Part shown: positions 7,606 through 15,141 of the stretch, piece by piece
Numbering within the stretch: position 1 is the first letter of the stretch
How the letters are laid out: each line of letters begins with the position of its first letter
Source of the DNA: a virus
Direction: 5' to 3' (one strand)
IMG/VR virus record: IMGVR_UViG_3300003775_000002
DNA length: 43,430 bases
Made by a program: the position numbers and the translations under genes
The notes under the pieces: model-generated
The model's database searches: none
Told to the model about the DNA's origin: nothing
The model's input: only the letters and a program-made list of their open reading frames with translations

Positions 7606-7759
7606 GGCAGGTATCGGTGTTGGGGTGGGGTACTCGCTCTGTGCTGCCCACTTCTCGGGGCTTCGGTCCGTCTGGACTGATTGTCAGCAGCACCGGAACT
7701 TCACTGTGGCTTGCGCCTGCCCATTGCCTTGCGGCTTCCGCGCTTTCCCCCGTTGATAC

Positions 7760-8305
7760 TCAGGCCTCGGCCGCTTGAGGTTGCGGCTTCGGGTCTTCGC
7801 CAAACAGCTCGCCGGCAGTCTTCGGCGGCGGGGCCTTCAGCGTGATCATGATTTCCTGCTGGATGCGGTGGCTGAGGATGCCGCTGTCGTGCTCGTTCGG
7901 ATGGGCAATTACGCGGAACTTGAACAGCACCGAGCCGCCTTCTTGCGGCTCGACGCGTACGTCGGTCACCGTGCAATCGTCCAGTTCGATGTTGCTGTCA
8001 CCACCGAGGCCGTAGTCCACCACCAGCGTGTAGCCCTTGCCTTCCCAGCCCCACGCGAAAGGCGACATCTTCTGGAAGCGGCGCGCGGTCAGCGCAGTAC
8101 GATCGGGATTGACGAGGTCGGCCTGGTCTTCGGCCGCCTTGTACAGCGCCTCGCGCAGACCCGGCTGCAGCATGTCCAGGGCGGCGGCATTCATGCCCGC
8201 CTCGATCGTCAGGTCGGCGGCCGGCTTGCGTTGCTTGCCGTGCTTTTCCGAGCGCGGGTTGTAGTTGGCGAGCTTGACGGGCTGCGCGATGAGAATTTCG
8301 AACAT
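7760..8305 (-). CDS. Hypothetical early protein
   Basis: ORF 7760..8497 is trimmed to the ATG at 8305 (MFEILIAQPVKLANYNPRSEKHGKQ). The N-terminal extension is Ser/Thr/Pro junk. Confidence 0.7.
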   Translation of the reverse strand: MFEILIAQPVKLANYNPRSEKHGKQRKPAADLTIEAGMNAAALDMLQPGLREALYKAAEDQADLVNPDRTALTARRFQKMSPFAWGWEGKGYTLVVDYGLGGDSNIELDDCTVTDVRVEPQEGGSVLFKFRVIAHPNEHDSGILSHRIQQEIMITLKAPPPKTAGELFGEDPKPQPQAAEA

Positions 8306-8342
8306 GGTCGATGGCTCCGGTGGTGGCGGGTTGGTGCGTCGC

Positions 8343-8960
8343 TCAGGCGGCAGCTGCCTGGTGGTTGAGGATGCCGAAGTAGACGGCTTTGCACGCAGCC
8401 ATATCCACCGAAGCGTTGTGAGCGCCTTCAAGCTTCTGGCCAGTGAAGAACTCGTATGCCTCGCCCAGGTTGGGCGACTTGGCGTGATTGCGACCAACGG
8501 CCCGCATCTTTTCCGTGGGCGGCAAGTTCAGGATCGCGGTGCTGTTGGACTGGGTGCAGAAGGCCGCGCCGTTCTTCCAGTTCTCGTGCGTCGCGGAGTC
8601 GTGGTCGAGTTGCCGAAACAGTTCGATTCGGATCATCCGAGCGTCGAAGGACTCGTTGTGGGCGATGCGAACCTCCGCCCGCGCCCACATGTGCATGAAC
8701 GAGCCGAGGACACGAGACACCGGCTGGCCAAATTGCTGAGCCATCTCGTTCGTGATTCCCGTCAGGGCTTCCAACTCCGCCGGGATCTCCCAGCCTTCCG
8801 GCTTGACCAGCAAGTCCATGAAGGCGAGCACGCGGCCAGTGTCGGCATCGAACAGCTCTGCAGCCAGCTGCGTGATGTGCGGCTGGCCGGGATGATCCGA
8901 CGGCTTGTTCCAGAGGGGCAGGCCGTTGGTTTCGGTGTCATAGATCAGGATGGGTTTCAT
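8343..8960 (-). CDS. DnaQ-like 3'-5' exonuclease (DEDDh)
   Basis: Exo I YDTETNG, Exo II AHNESFD and Exo III HNASVDMAAC are present. Confidence 0.85.
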   Translation of the reverse strand: MKPILIYDTETNGLPLWNKPSDHPGQPHITQLAAELFDADTGRVLAFMDLLVKPEGWEIPAELEALTGITNEMAQQFGQPVSRVLGSFMHMWARAEVRIAHNESFDARMIRIELFRQLDHDSATHENWKNGAAFCTQSNSTAILNLPPTEKMRAVGRNHAKSPNLGEAYEFFTGQKLEGAHNASVDMAACKAVYFGILNHQAAAA

Positions 8961-9030
8961 CGTCTCTCCGATGTGTGGAATAAAAAGGGGCCGGCCCCTT
9001 CGCCGTAGAACCAGCCCAACAGGGGTAGGG

Positions 9031-9978
9031 TCAGCCTTGATCCAGCGCCGCGCGGCGGTCGTGGTAGGCGTCGGTCAGTTCTGCGCGAAATTCCTCGGGC
9101 ACCTCGCGGATCTCGTCAGCCAGCAGATCGAGCGTGTCGGCGTCAGTGCACCGGCCAATGCGATCCTTGAACCCGCTCACATCGAACGTGGACTGCGGGT
9201 CGGCTTGGACCGTGGCGGGCCCGCGAATCTCACCGGTATCCATGTCGGTAACCGTGACGAAGTCGCCGTCGATCACAGCGTGCTGGCCTTGGTCCACAGC
9301 CGTGCTCAGCGCGATGGCGTTCGACAGTTCGATCGACTTGGGCATGTACTTCAGAACCTGCAGCAGCGGGATCTTTCGGGCATACATCTCCGGGTCGCGG
9401 AAGCTGTAATGTTTGCCGCCCACCTTGTTGTATTTGTCGCGGTGCTTCCAGACCTTCTTGATGGTCCAGACCTCGATCACCGGCAACTGGGAGCCATTCA
9501 CTCGGCCGACAGCGTAGACATGAGTCAGCTTGTCCGGATCGTTCTCTTCGCCGGGACGATGCTTGATGAAAGGCGAATCGCCTAGTGCATAGTCGAACTC
9601 GTCGCCCTGAAAGACGGCGCCGGTCCAAACGGTGGCACGGCCGCTGCGCGACACCAGATCGACCAGCCCCTTCCAGCCGGGCACGAAGGTGCACGTCTTT
9701 CCGTAGGGCACCAGGAAGCCCTGGCCATCCACGCCGGGCTCGAGACCGAGTGTCGAGGCGGTCATGATGCTGCCGGCGATCGATTTCGGATCGCATTCCT
9801 GCAGCTTTGGCGTGGTGCTGAACGCCGTTACGGCCAGGCGAGCCATGCGGTCTGCCGACAGGTGCTTCGGCAGCGCGAGAGACATCTGCGGCTTGAGCTT
9901 GTCGAGGAAGTTGCTGAACGTGGCAACAGGGTTTTCCTTCTTGCCTGTAGCAGCTTGTCGGAGTGCGTTGGTGCTCAT
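9031..9978 (-). CDS. recT: RecT-family single-strand annealing protein
   Basis: ORF trimmed to the ATG at 9978 (MSTNALRQAATGKKENPVATFSNFLDKLKPQMSLALPKHL...). It has a typical RecT N terminus and core (GLEPG...GFLVPYG). It pairs with the exonuclease gene immediately upstream. Confidence 0.85.
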   Translation of the reverse strand: MSTNALRQAATGKKENPVATFSNFLDKLKPQMSLALPKHLSADRMARLAVTAFSTTPKLQECDPKSIAGSIMTASTLGLEPGVDGQGFLVPYGKTCTFVPGWKGLVDLVSRSGRATVWTGAVFQGDEFDYALGDSPFIKHRPGEENDPDKLTHVYAVGRVNGSQLPVIEVWTIKKVWKHRDKYNKVGGKHYSFRDPEMYARKIPLLQVLKYMPKSIELSNAIALSTAVDQGQHAVIDGDFVTVTDMDTGEIRGPATVQADPQSTFDVSGFKDRIGRCTDADTLDLLADEIREVPEEFRAELTDAYHDRRAALDQG

Positions 9979-9980
9979 GG

Positions 9981-10964
9981 TTATTGGACCTTTTTCAGAC
10001 GGAGAACTCGGATTTCCTTGACTCGCTTGAACCGGGCGTACATCTCCGGCTCTTGCTCTTTCATGTCCTTCTGCGCCAGGCTCGTGTGGTCCTGGTTCTT
10101 CCACGAGGCAATCTCGTGGCCACCGACCGTAAGAAAGGCATGCGGGCGCATGAAGTCGGTGATCTGGAACTGCAGGGCTTCTTCCTGTTCTTCCAGAGAC
10201 TTCAGCTTCGATTTGACGTCGGCCAAGCGATACACGGCATCTCGCACCTCAGTGGTTGCTTCGATGCTGGCGCCGTTGGCCTTCTTGTAGATTTCCTTGC
10301 AGTCGTCGAAGTCGATCGGATCGGGCTCGACGCCGGCCAGCACGCATTCGGTCCAGAACTGGTGCACGCGATTGCGGATGCCGTCGATGGTTTCCTGATC
10401 GCGCTCTACCCAGTAGATCAGCAGGTCATCCATGCCGATCAGCGAAGCGCAGATGCACAGCTGCCGGCCCGTGATGCCCAAGCCGAACATGAACTGTGCG
10501 GCGTACTCGATGGGGACCTGGTCGCTGCCCTCGTCCCCCCATTTCTTCGCCGCAAAGGGATGGACCGTCTTACAGTCTCCGTTGATGTGCTCGCCGTCGA
10601 GCCAGCGCACTTGGCCGTCGATCTCAACTTCACCCGTCACGCGCAACTCGAAGTCGATTTCGCAGCCCATGAAGGCATGCTCAGGATCGACGTAGCGTTC
10701 ATTGCGCGCCAGCAGTTCAACCTGCAGCCCTTCGGCTTGCAGGCGGTCCAGCAGCATGTCGACAACGACAGGCTCCAGGCGATGGCCGCGGTCAAAGCGC
10801 TTCTGCTGTTCGGGAGTGGGCACTTCCTTGGGCTTGCGGTGTGTCTTCTCTTCCCACAGTTCATACGGCGACTTCCATGGGCTAACGCCCAGGACGGCTG
10901 CGATGTCCGAACCGCCGATGAATTTCGAGCGGTCAGCTTCGACGGTAGCGAGTGGTGCATTCAT
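9981..10964 (-). CDS. YqaJ / lambda-Exo-like recombination exonuclease
   Basis: FIGGSDIAAVLGVSPWKSPYELWEEKT is the YqaJ signature. PD-(D/E)xK-type residues follow downstream. Confidence 0.85.
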   Translation of the reverse strand: MNAPLATVEADRSKFIGGSDIAAVLGVSPWKSPYELWEEKTHRKPKEVPTPEQQKRFDRGHRLEPVVVDMLLDRLQAEGLQVELLARNERYVDPEHAFMGCEIDFELRVTGEVEIDGQVRWLDGEHINGDCKTVHPFAAKKWGDEGSDQVPIEYAAQFMFGLGITGRQLCICASLIGMDDLLIYWVERDQETIDGIRNRVHQFWTECVLAGVEPDPIDFDDCKEIYKKANGASIEATTEVRDAVYRLADVKSKLKSLEEQEEALQFQITDFMRPHAFLTVGGHEIASWKNQDHTSLAQKDMKEQEPEMYARFKRVKEIRVLRLKKVQ

Positions 10965-11095
10965 TGCGTAACTCCAATCAGAGGTGCGTCCACCCAGCCG
11001 GCGAGGCCCATGGCGAACAGGATGAAAAGGGTGATCAGTGCCTCGGCCAGACGCGGGTTTTCGTCCAGCCAGAGTTCGAAGGATTCGCGGTCCAT
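10961..11095 (-). CDS. Small membrane protein (44 aa)
   Basis: MDRESFELWLDENPRLAEALITLFILFAMGLAGWVDAPLIGVTQ. An ATGA overlap links it to the exonuclease start. Confidence 0.5.
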   Translation of the reverse strand: MDRESFELWLDENPRLAEALITLFILFAMGLAGWVDAPLIGVTQ

Positions 11096-11096
11096 G

Positions 11097-11228
11097 TCAG
11101 GCTCCAAGAATCTCGAGCAGGTTTGCGATGCTGAACACGGCAATGACCGCGAAAGTGGCGAACTTCAGCCGGCGGTTCCATTTCGCCTGCATGGCGGCGC
11201 GGATGATGGGGTCATCAAGATCGATCAC
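11097..11228 (-). CDS. Small membrane protein (43 aa, GTG start), not in the ORF track
   Basis: My translation is VIDLDDPIIRAAMQAKWNRRLKFATFAVIAVFSIANLLEILGA. A GTGA overlap links it to the upstream stop. Its own stop is 2 nt before the next ATG. Confidence 0.4.
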   Translation of the reverse strand: MIDLDDPIIRAAMQAKWNRRLKFATFAVIAVFSIANLLEILGA

Positions 11229-11413
11229 GATTGCGCTCCGATCAGGTATCGGCCGATCGGCTTGCGCACGATGGCGGTGATCTCAGGCACAACGCCGATC
11301 GCATCGAAGATGCAGTCGATCGCCTGCTCTTGTGCATCCTCGCGGCCAGCGGCGACGACGTTCACCGTCGAGCCGTTGCTGAAATGCACGTCGTATTCGC
11401 GGGCGTCAGTCAC
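11225..11413 (-). CDS. Hypothetical 62-aa protein
   Basis: MTDAREYDVHFSNGSTVNVVAAGREDAQEQAIDCIFDAIGVVPEITAIV. It overlaps its upstream neighbour by 4 nt. Confidence 0.65.
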   Translation of the reverse strand: MTDAREYDVHFSNGSTVNVVAAGREDAQEQAIDCIFDAIGVVPEITAIVRKPIGRYLIGAQS

Positions 11414-11751
11414 AGCACACCTCCATTGCGCGGCAGCAGGTGATTCGGAGTGCGGGCTACGCGTGCGCGGAACTCGGCTTCGCAGCGCTCCACTGCCTCA
11501 GCCATCTCTCGATCGGTCTCGGTAACCAGGTGCGCGACGTCGGACAGGTATTGCTGGAACACCTGACGGCCCAGCGAGGCCAGCGCCGCGTCATCCAGCT
11601 TGTTGCGCAGCACGAAGTCAGCCACGGCGCTCAGATACGGGCCGGCCTCGATGTCGTTGTCGTTCGCGAAGTTCAGGCCGTCCTTCGACACGACCATCGC
11701 GATCAGGCGCTCGGCGCCCGTAAAGTTCTGTGGGGATTTGGTGGCAGGCAT
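11410..11751 (-). CDS. Hypothetical protein, first gene of the leftward early operon
   Basis: Good coding character. A GGAG Shine-Dalgarno is present. It lies directly downstream of the predicted PL. Confidence 0.75.
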   Translation of the reverse strand: MPATKSPQNFTGAERLIAMVVSKDGLNFANDNDIEAGPYLSAVADFVLRNKLDDAALASLGRQVFQQYLSDVAHLVTETDREMAEAVERCEAEFRARVARTPNHLLPRNGGVL

Positions 11752-11783
11752 CGCTGGCTCCGGTGTGTTGCGTTGCTGGAGCC

Positions 11784-11825
11784 ATTAAACACCGCGTTTA
11801 TAGCGATGTCAAACAAAATGTTTAA
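11784..11825 (-). promoter_or_regulatory. Predicted PL promoter with two 17-bp operators (OL)
   Basis: On the minus strand, TTGACA (11812..11807) is followed by a 17-nt spacer and TTTAAT (11789..11784). The operators are TTAAACAccgCGTTTAT (11785..11801) and TCAAACAaaaTGTTTAA (11809..11825), with centres 24 bp apart. The architecture matches 13250..13291. Confidence 0.7.
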
Positions 11826-11833
11826 TGCGCGGA

Positions 11834-11860
11834 CGAAAGAAAGCCCGCGCGCGGCGGGCT
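11834..11860 (-). terminator. Rho-independent terminator ending the repressor operon
   Basis: AGCCCGC/GCGGGCT stem (11842..11848 and 11854..11860). On the minus strand it is followed by TTTCTTTC. It lies 25 bp downstream of the stop at 11885. Confidence 0.6.
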
Positions 11861-11884
11861 GAGTTGTTTTCGGAGGCTGGTCCG

Positions 11885-12163
11885 TTACTTGATCGCGATC
11901 CAGAAGAGCAGGGCGACTATGGCGTATAGGGCATATTTGATTTCACGGAGCAACGACGTGGTACCGACCCTTAGCCCGGCGTCTATCTCGAGCAGTGTTT
12001 GCTTGACCTCAACAAGCGTCTCATCCATCCGATCCGTATTGAGCTGGAGATCCTTACCTTGTTGCTCGATCCGCTGAACGCTGTCTAGCAAGTCCGGTTT
12101 GAAATTCAGCTCGTCCCGTAGGTGTGACCCGATCTCGAAATCATCGTCCAGTGCATCGCTCAT
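11885..12163 (-). CDS. Tail-anchored coiled-coil membrane protein (92 aa) downstream of the repressor; candidate superinfection-exclusion gene
   Basis: ORF trimmed to the ATG at 12163 (MSDALDDDFEIGSHLRDELNFKPDLL...). It has a C-terminal TM helix, YALYAIVALLFWIAIK. An AGAGGG Shine-Dalgarno is present. It looks lower in GC than the flanks by eye. It occupies the lambda rex-like position. Confidence 0.7.
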   Translation of the reverse strand: MSDALDDDFEIGSHLRDELNFKPDLLDSVQRIEQQGKDLQLNTDRMDETLVEVKQTLLEIDAGLRVGTTSLLREIKYALYAIVALLFWIAIK

Positions 12164-12222
12164 TGCTGTAGCCCTCTTGTCCGCAGAAGAATTCGTCCGA
12201 TGTGCGCGTAATCCATCGCCCA

Positions 12223-13215
12223 TTACAGCCTGTTCTTGATCTTGCGGGCGGGCACCGGGTGGGCGATGTAGTACATCCAGGTGATGGCTTCCGGATCGAA
12301 GGTGAAAACCTCCTGGTCGTTGTAGCTGCCGAGCCTGATGCCCTGGCGGCGCGACAGCAGGCGCTTGATCATCGTTTCGCCAGTGTTCAGCCGCACGAGC
12401 ACGTCGTCTTCGAGCTCCGGCTCGGTGCCCGGCTCGACCAAGGCAAACTCGCCCGGGTTGTAGCGGGGGATCATGGACAGGCCCACGACTGGTGTCAGGA
12501 AGGCCTGCGGATCGGCGCTGGCCACTTCTGCAAACTGCTGAGTTGCTCCCACCGGATAGTCTCCATCGGTCCATATCCGGTCAGGCAGGCCGCCTTGCGC
12601 GCGGCCCACAACCGGAATGGCCCGGTACTTCGCTGTATTCGCCTGATAGGTAAGGGGCGTCGGCTCTGCCGGCTCGTCGTCCGCCTTCTTCTTCGGCCTG
12701 GCGCTCTTGGCGGGCAGCGGCTTTGGCCGGGGATCGTCGAACACGGCAGCACGCGGAGCGCCCTTACCCATGACCAGCCAGACGGCGTTGTAGCCGAATG
12801 CCTCCTGAATGCCCACCGCCTGGTCGAGCCTGATCGTCTTGACCTCGCCTGACGCCCATTGCTCCAGCGTCTCTAGCGAAACGCCGGCGGCCTTGGCCAG
12901 AGCATACGGCTTGATATCGGCGTCGGCCAGGAGTGTCTTCATCCGTTCGCTCAGCCCATTGTCCACGTCGGTCGCCGGCTCCAGGCTGGCGTCATACGCC
13001 ATTGAACCCTTGCCCGTCTGCAGCCAAGTGGCGCTGCAGCCGATCAGCTTCTGGGCTTCGATCATTCCCGGCCGCGACATGCCGCGGCGCTCCCAGTTGT
13101 TGATCGTTTGCTGGGATTGGTTGAGGGCCTTCGCTATGTCGGTAGGCGTGGGCTGCTCTTGGAGCCCTCTCAGGGTGCGTACTGCCTCGTAGAGGCGAAC
13201 CATCGTTGCGTGCAT
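12223..13215 (-). CDS. CI-like prophage repressor with two tandem XRE-type HTH domains and a C-terminal S24 (LexA-like) autopeptidase domain
   Basis: HTH 1 is PTDIAKALNQSQQTINNWERRG. HTH 2 is PYALAKAAGVSLETLEQWASGE. The S24 domain has the Ser motif VVGLSMIP and the Lys motif ETMIKRL. The start is uncertain: the ORF is open to 13299 (AGGTGG Shine-Dalgarno), but 13216..13299 holds the OR operators. ATG 13215 or 13203 is therefore preferred. Confidence 0.85.
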   Translation of the reverse strand: MHATMVRLYEAVRTLRGLQEQPTPTDIAKALNQSQQTINNWERRGMSRPGMIEAQKLIGCSATWLQTGKGSMAYDASLEPATDVDNGLSERMKTLLADADIKPYALAKAAGVSLETLEQWASGEVKTIRLDQAVGIQEAFGYNAVWLVMGKGAPRAAVFDDPRPKPLPAKSARPKKKADDEPAEPTPLTYQANTAKYRAIPVVGRAQGGLPDRIWTDGDYPVGATQQFAEVASADPQAFLTPVVGLSMIPRYNPGEFALVEPGTEPELEDDVLVRLNTGETMIKRLLSRRQGIRLGSYNDQEVFTFDPEAITWMYYIAHPVPARKIKNRL

Positions 13216-13249
13216 GCGCGGGATGCTCTCACAGGTAAACGGATCGTTG

Positions 13250-13291
13250 ATAAACAGCGCGTTTGCCTTTTCCTTAAACATGGTGTTTAAT
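13250..13291 (+). promoter_or_regulatory. Predicted PR promoter with two 17-bp operators (OR)
   Basis: TTGCCT (13263..13268) is followed by a 17-nt spacer and TTTAAT (13286..13291). The operators are ATAAACAgcgCGTTTGC (13250..13266) and the perfect palindrome TTAAACAtggTGTTTAA (13274..13290), with centres 24 bp apart. Confidence 0.65.
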
Positions 13292-13322
13292 CTCGTCATG
13301 GACCACCTACCGAGAGCCCGAG

Positions 13323-13520
13323 ATGGACGATCGCGAACTCATTGAGCGCCATGGCGGCTCGGCCGAATTGGCTCGAAAGCTGCACATGACCAAGCCGGGC
13401 AGCACCCAACGCGTCAACAACTGGAAGACGCGGGGTATCCCGCCGGCCGTCAAGCTGGAACGCCAGGACCTGTTTTCCGCAGAAGCCGTCGCGAAGCTCC
13501 CGTTACCGGTGGCCGCCTGA
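13323..13520 (+). CDS. Cro-like / YdaS-type HTH regulator
   Basis: GGSAELARKLHMTKPGSTQRVNNWKTRGIPP. It is divergent from the repressor and is the first gene after the predicted PR. Confidence 0.7.
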   Translation: MDDRELIERHGGSAELARKLHMTKPGSTQRVNNWKTRGIPPAVKLERQDLFSAEAVAKLPLPVAA

Positions 13521-13613
13521 CAACAACTCCAGCGTACGCACCGGGTCACCGAACCGCACTGAGCGGGGAGGAAGCAGGAATGTGCGGCGCTGGGCAACAG
13601 TGAGTGATCTCAA

Positions 13614-13901
13614 ATGACACCCATGAAAGCGGCCGGTATGTCGCATGCCTTGCGGCTTGCGCTGACGGGCGAGCGCAAGAAAGAGCTCATGGAGCTGATG
13701 GGCTGGGAGACGGGCGACGTGTCCCGAGTCCTGGGCAATGGCCAGGGCATCCCGATGGACAAGCTAGAGAAGCTGGTGGACTTCATCGGCTACGTGCACG
13801 TCTCGAAGACATACCTGAACGCGATCAGCACCCTGTGCCAGGTTGGCGCATCGTGCCACTGCGCGCGCGAAGGCTTTGGCGAATGCGGCGTTGCCCGCTG
13901 A
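13614..13901 (+). CDS. CII-like regulatory protein (tentative)
   Basis: Its position after cro and an HTH-like KELMELMGWETGDVSRVLGNGQGIPMDKLEKLVDFIGY echo the layout of lambda CII. The start is uncertain. Confidence 0.45.
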   Translation: MTPMKAAGMSHALRLALTGERKKELMELMGWETGDVSRVLGNGQGIPMDKLEKLVDFIGYVHVSKTYLNAISTLCQVGASCHCAREGFGECGVAR

Positions 13902-13912
13902 AGTGAGGTGTC

Positions 13913-14971
13913 ATGGGTGACCTGCCCGAACCGCTGACGCCGGCCGACTGCGATCTGCGCGAGTACCCATTCATGCCGCTCGAAGTGAAGCGGCTGCTGA
14001 CGTCCGAGACATGGATTCTCGGGACGGGGGACGAACGCGCGGCTGCTATTGCACTGTGGCTGGAGAGTTGGCACCAGATCCCGGCCGCGAGCCTGCCGGA
14101 TAACGACCGCATGCTGGCGCACCTTTCCCAGTGCAAGAACTGGAAGAAGGTGAAGCCCCACGCGCTGCGCGGATGGGTGAAGTGCGGGGACGGTCGGATC
14201 TATCACGCCACCGTTGCCGAGAAGGCCCTGGAAGGCTGGATTGGCAAGCTCCTGAGCAGCCTGGCCGGTGCCGCCGGTAACGCCAAGCGCTGGGGTATCG
14301 AAGTCGATACGGAGGCCGTGAAGGCCCAGATCATCGATGCCGTGAGGCGTCTTCAGGCGATCGCCCCCCAATCCGAAATCCTGCGCAAGACACAGGTTAG
14401 GAACGTCGTATCGGGATCGCACCGCGATTCGCCCCCCGATGGAAAAGCTATCGCCCCCCGATCTAAAGATCCATCGCCCCCCGATTCGGGGTGCGATCGC
14501 AATAGAGAAGGAGAGGGAGATAGAGAAGGAGAAGTAAAACCAAAGCAGCAGCATAACCACGGTGGTCAGTCGCGCGCTGCTGAGGACGAGATCGAACGCC
14601 ATGTGCAGGTCTCGGTGCTTCTCCGGTCCCTCGGTGTCTCCCCCATGACCGGCGCCCATCCGATGGCGATGACCTTCGCCAACACCGGCGCCACCGACGA
14701 GCAGCTGCGTGCCGCCGTCGACATCGCCAGGGTCCGCAAGCCGGCGCCCGAGCCGATCAGCCCGAACTACCTGCAGCCCATCCTTGCCGAGGTGCTGAAC
14801 CCGCCAGAGATGCGGCCGAAGAAGCGCGACGCATGGTGGCTGACGAACGAATCCATGTCGGCGAAGGCCCGTGAACTGGGCATCTCCGACGCACGCCCCG
14901 GTGAGCAGCCGAACGAGTTCAAGGGCCGCATCCAGCAGGCCATCGAAGCCCAAGGGAGGGTAGCCGCATGA
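13913..14971 (+). CDS. Replication initiator-like protein with N-terminal DUF1376 (YdaU) domain
   Basis: LREYPFMPLEVKRLLTSETWILGTGDERAAAIALWLESWHQIPAASLPDNDRMLA fits DUF1376. A GAGG Shine-Dalgarno is present. A low-complexity central linker is encoded by the iteron DNA. Confidence 0.75.
   Translation: MGDLPEPLTPADCDLREYPFMPLEVKRLLTSETWILGTGDERAAAIALWLESWHQIPAASLPDNDRMLAHLSQCKNWKKVKPHALRGWVKCGDGRIYHATVAEKALEGWIGKLLSSLAGAAGNAKRWGIEVDTEAVKAQIIDAVRRLQAIAPQSEILRKTQVRNVVSGSHRDSPPDGKAIAPRSKDPSPPDSGCDRNREGEGDREGEVKPKQQHNHGGQSRAAEDEIERHVQVSVLLRSLGVSPMTGAHPMAMTFANTGATDEQLRAAVDIARVRKPAPEPISPNYLQPILAEVLNPPEMRPKKRDAWWLTNESMSAKARELGISDARPGEQPNEFKGRIQQAIEAQGRVAA
14429..14485. repeat. Three direct iterons TCGCCCCCCGAT; candidate phage origin
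   Basis: Copies lie at 14429..14440, 14451..14462 and 14474..14485, spaced 22 and 23 bp. GATCGC elements flank them at 14415..14420 and 14495..14500. They sit inside the initiator-like gene, as in lambda O/ori. Confidence 0.6.
14502..14532. repeat. Purine-strand direct repeat ATAGAGAAGGAGA x2 next to the iterons
   Basis: Copies lie at 14502..14514 and 14520..14532. The tract is almost pure A/G on the plus strand. Confidence 0.55.
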
Positions 14972-15141
14972 CCGGATCTGACCTCATTCGCCAGAAGGCC
15001 AACGAGTTGGCGGACATGGCCAAGGATTTTCCTGACCGTCGTACCAAGGCCGATCTGCTGCACTGCGCCGCGTTGCTGTTCCGGGTGGTGACGGAAGCGA
15101 TCGACGACGAAGTCACCGACCTTGTGGAGCCGAAGGCATGA
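14968..15141 (+). CDS. Hypothetical 57-aa protein, not in the ORF track
   Basis: My translation is MTGSDLIRQKANELADMAKDFPDRRTKADLLHCAALLFRVVTEAIDDEVTDLVEPKA. A GGGAGGG Shine-Dalgarno is present. ATGA overlaps occur at both ends. Confidence 0.6.
   Translation: MTGSDLIRQKANELADMAKDFPDRRTKADLLHCAALLFRVVTEAIDDEVTDLVEPKA

Noticed and set aside
7606-7759. A hidden gene or RNA in the 154-bp gap inside the early-left operon.
   Set aside because: No ORF longer than a few codons exists on either strand. I found no convincing hairpin with a T run or other repeated motif, so it remains unexplained.
13235-13251. A third OR operator, GTAAACGgatCGTTGAT.
   Set aside because: The half-site match is poor, it overlaps the 13250..13266 site, and it does not keep the 24-bp spacing.
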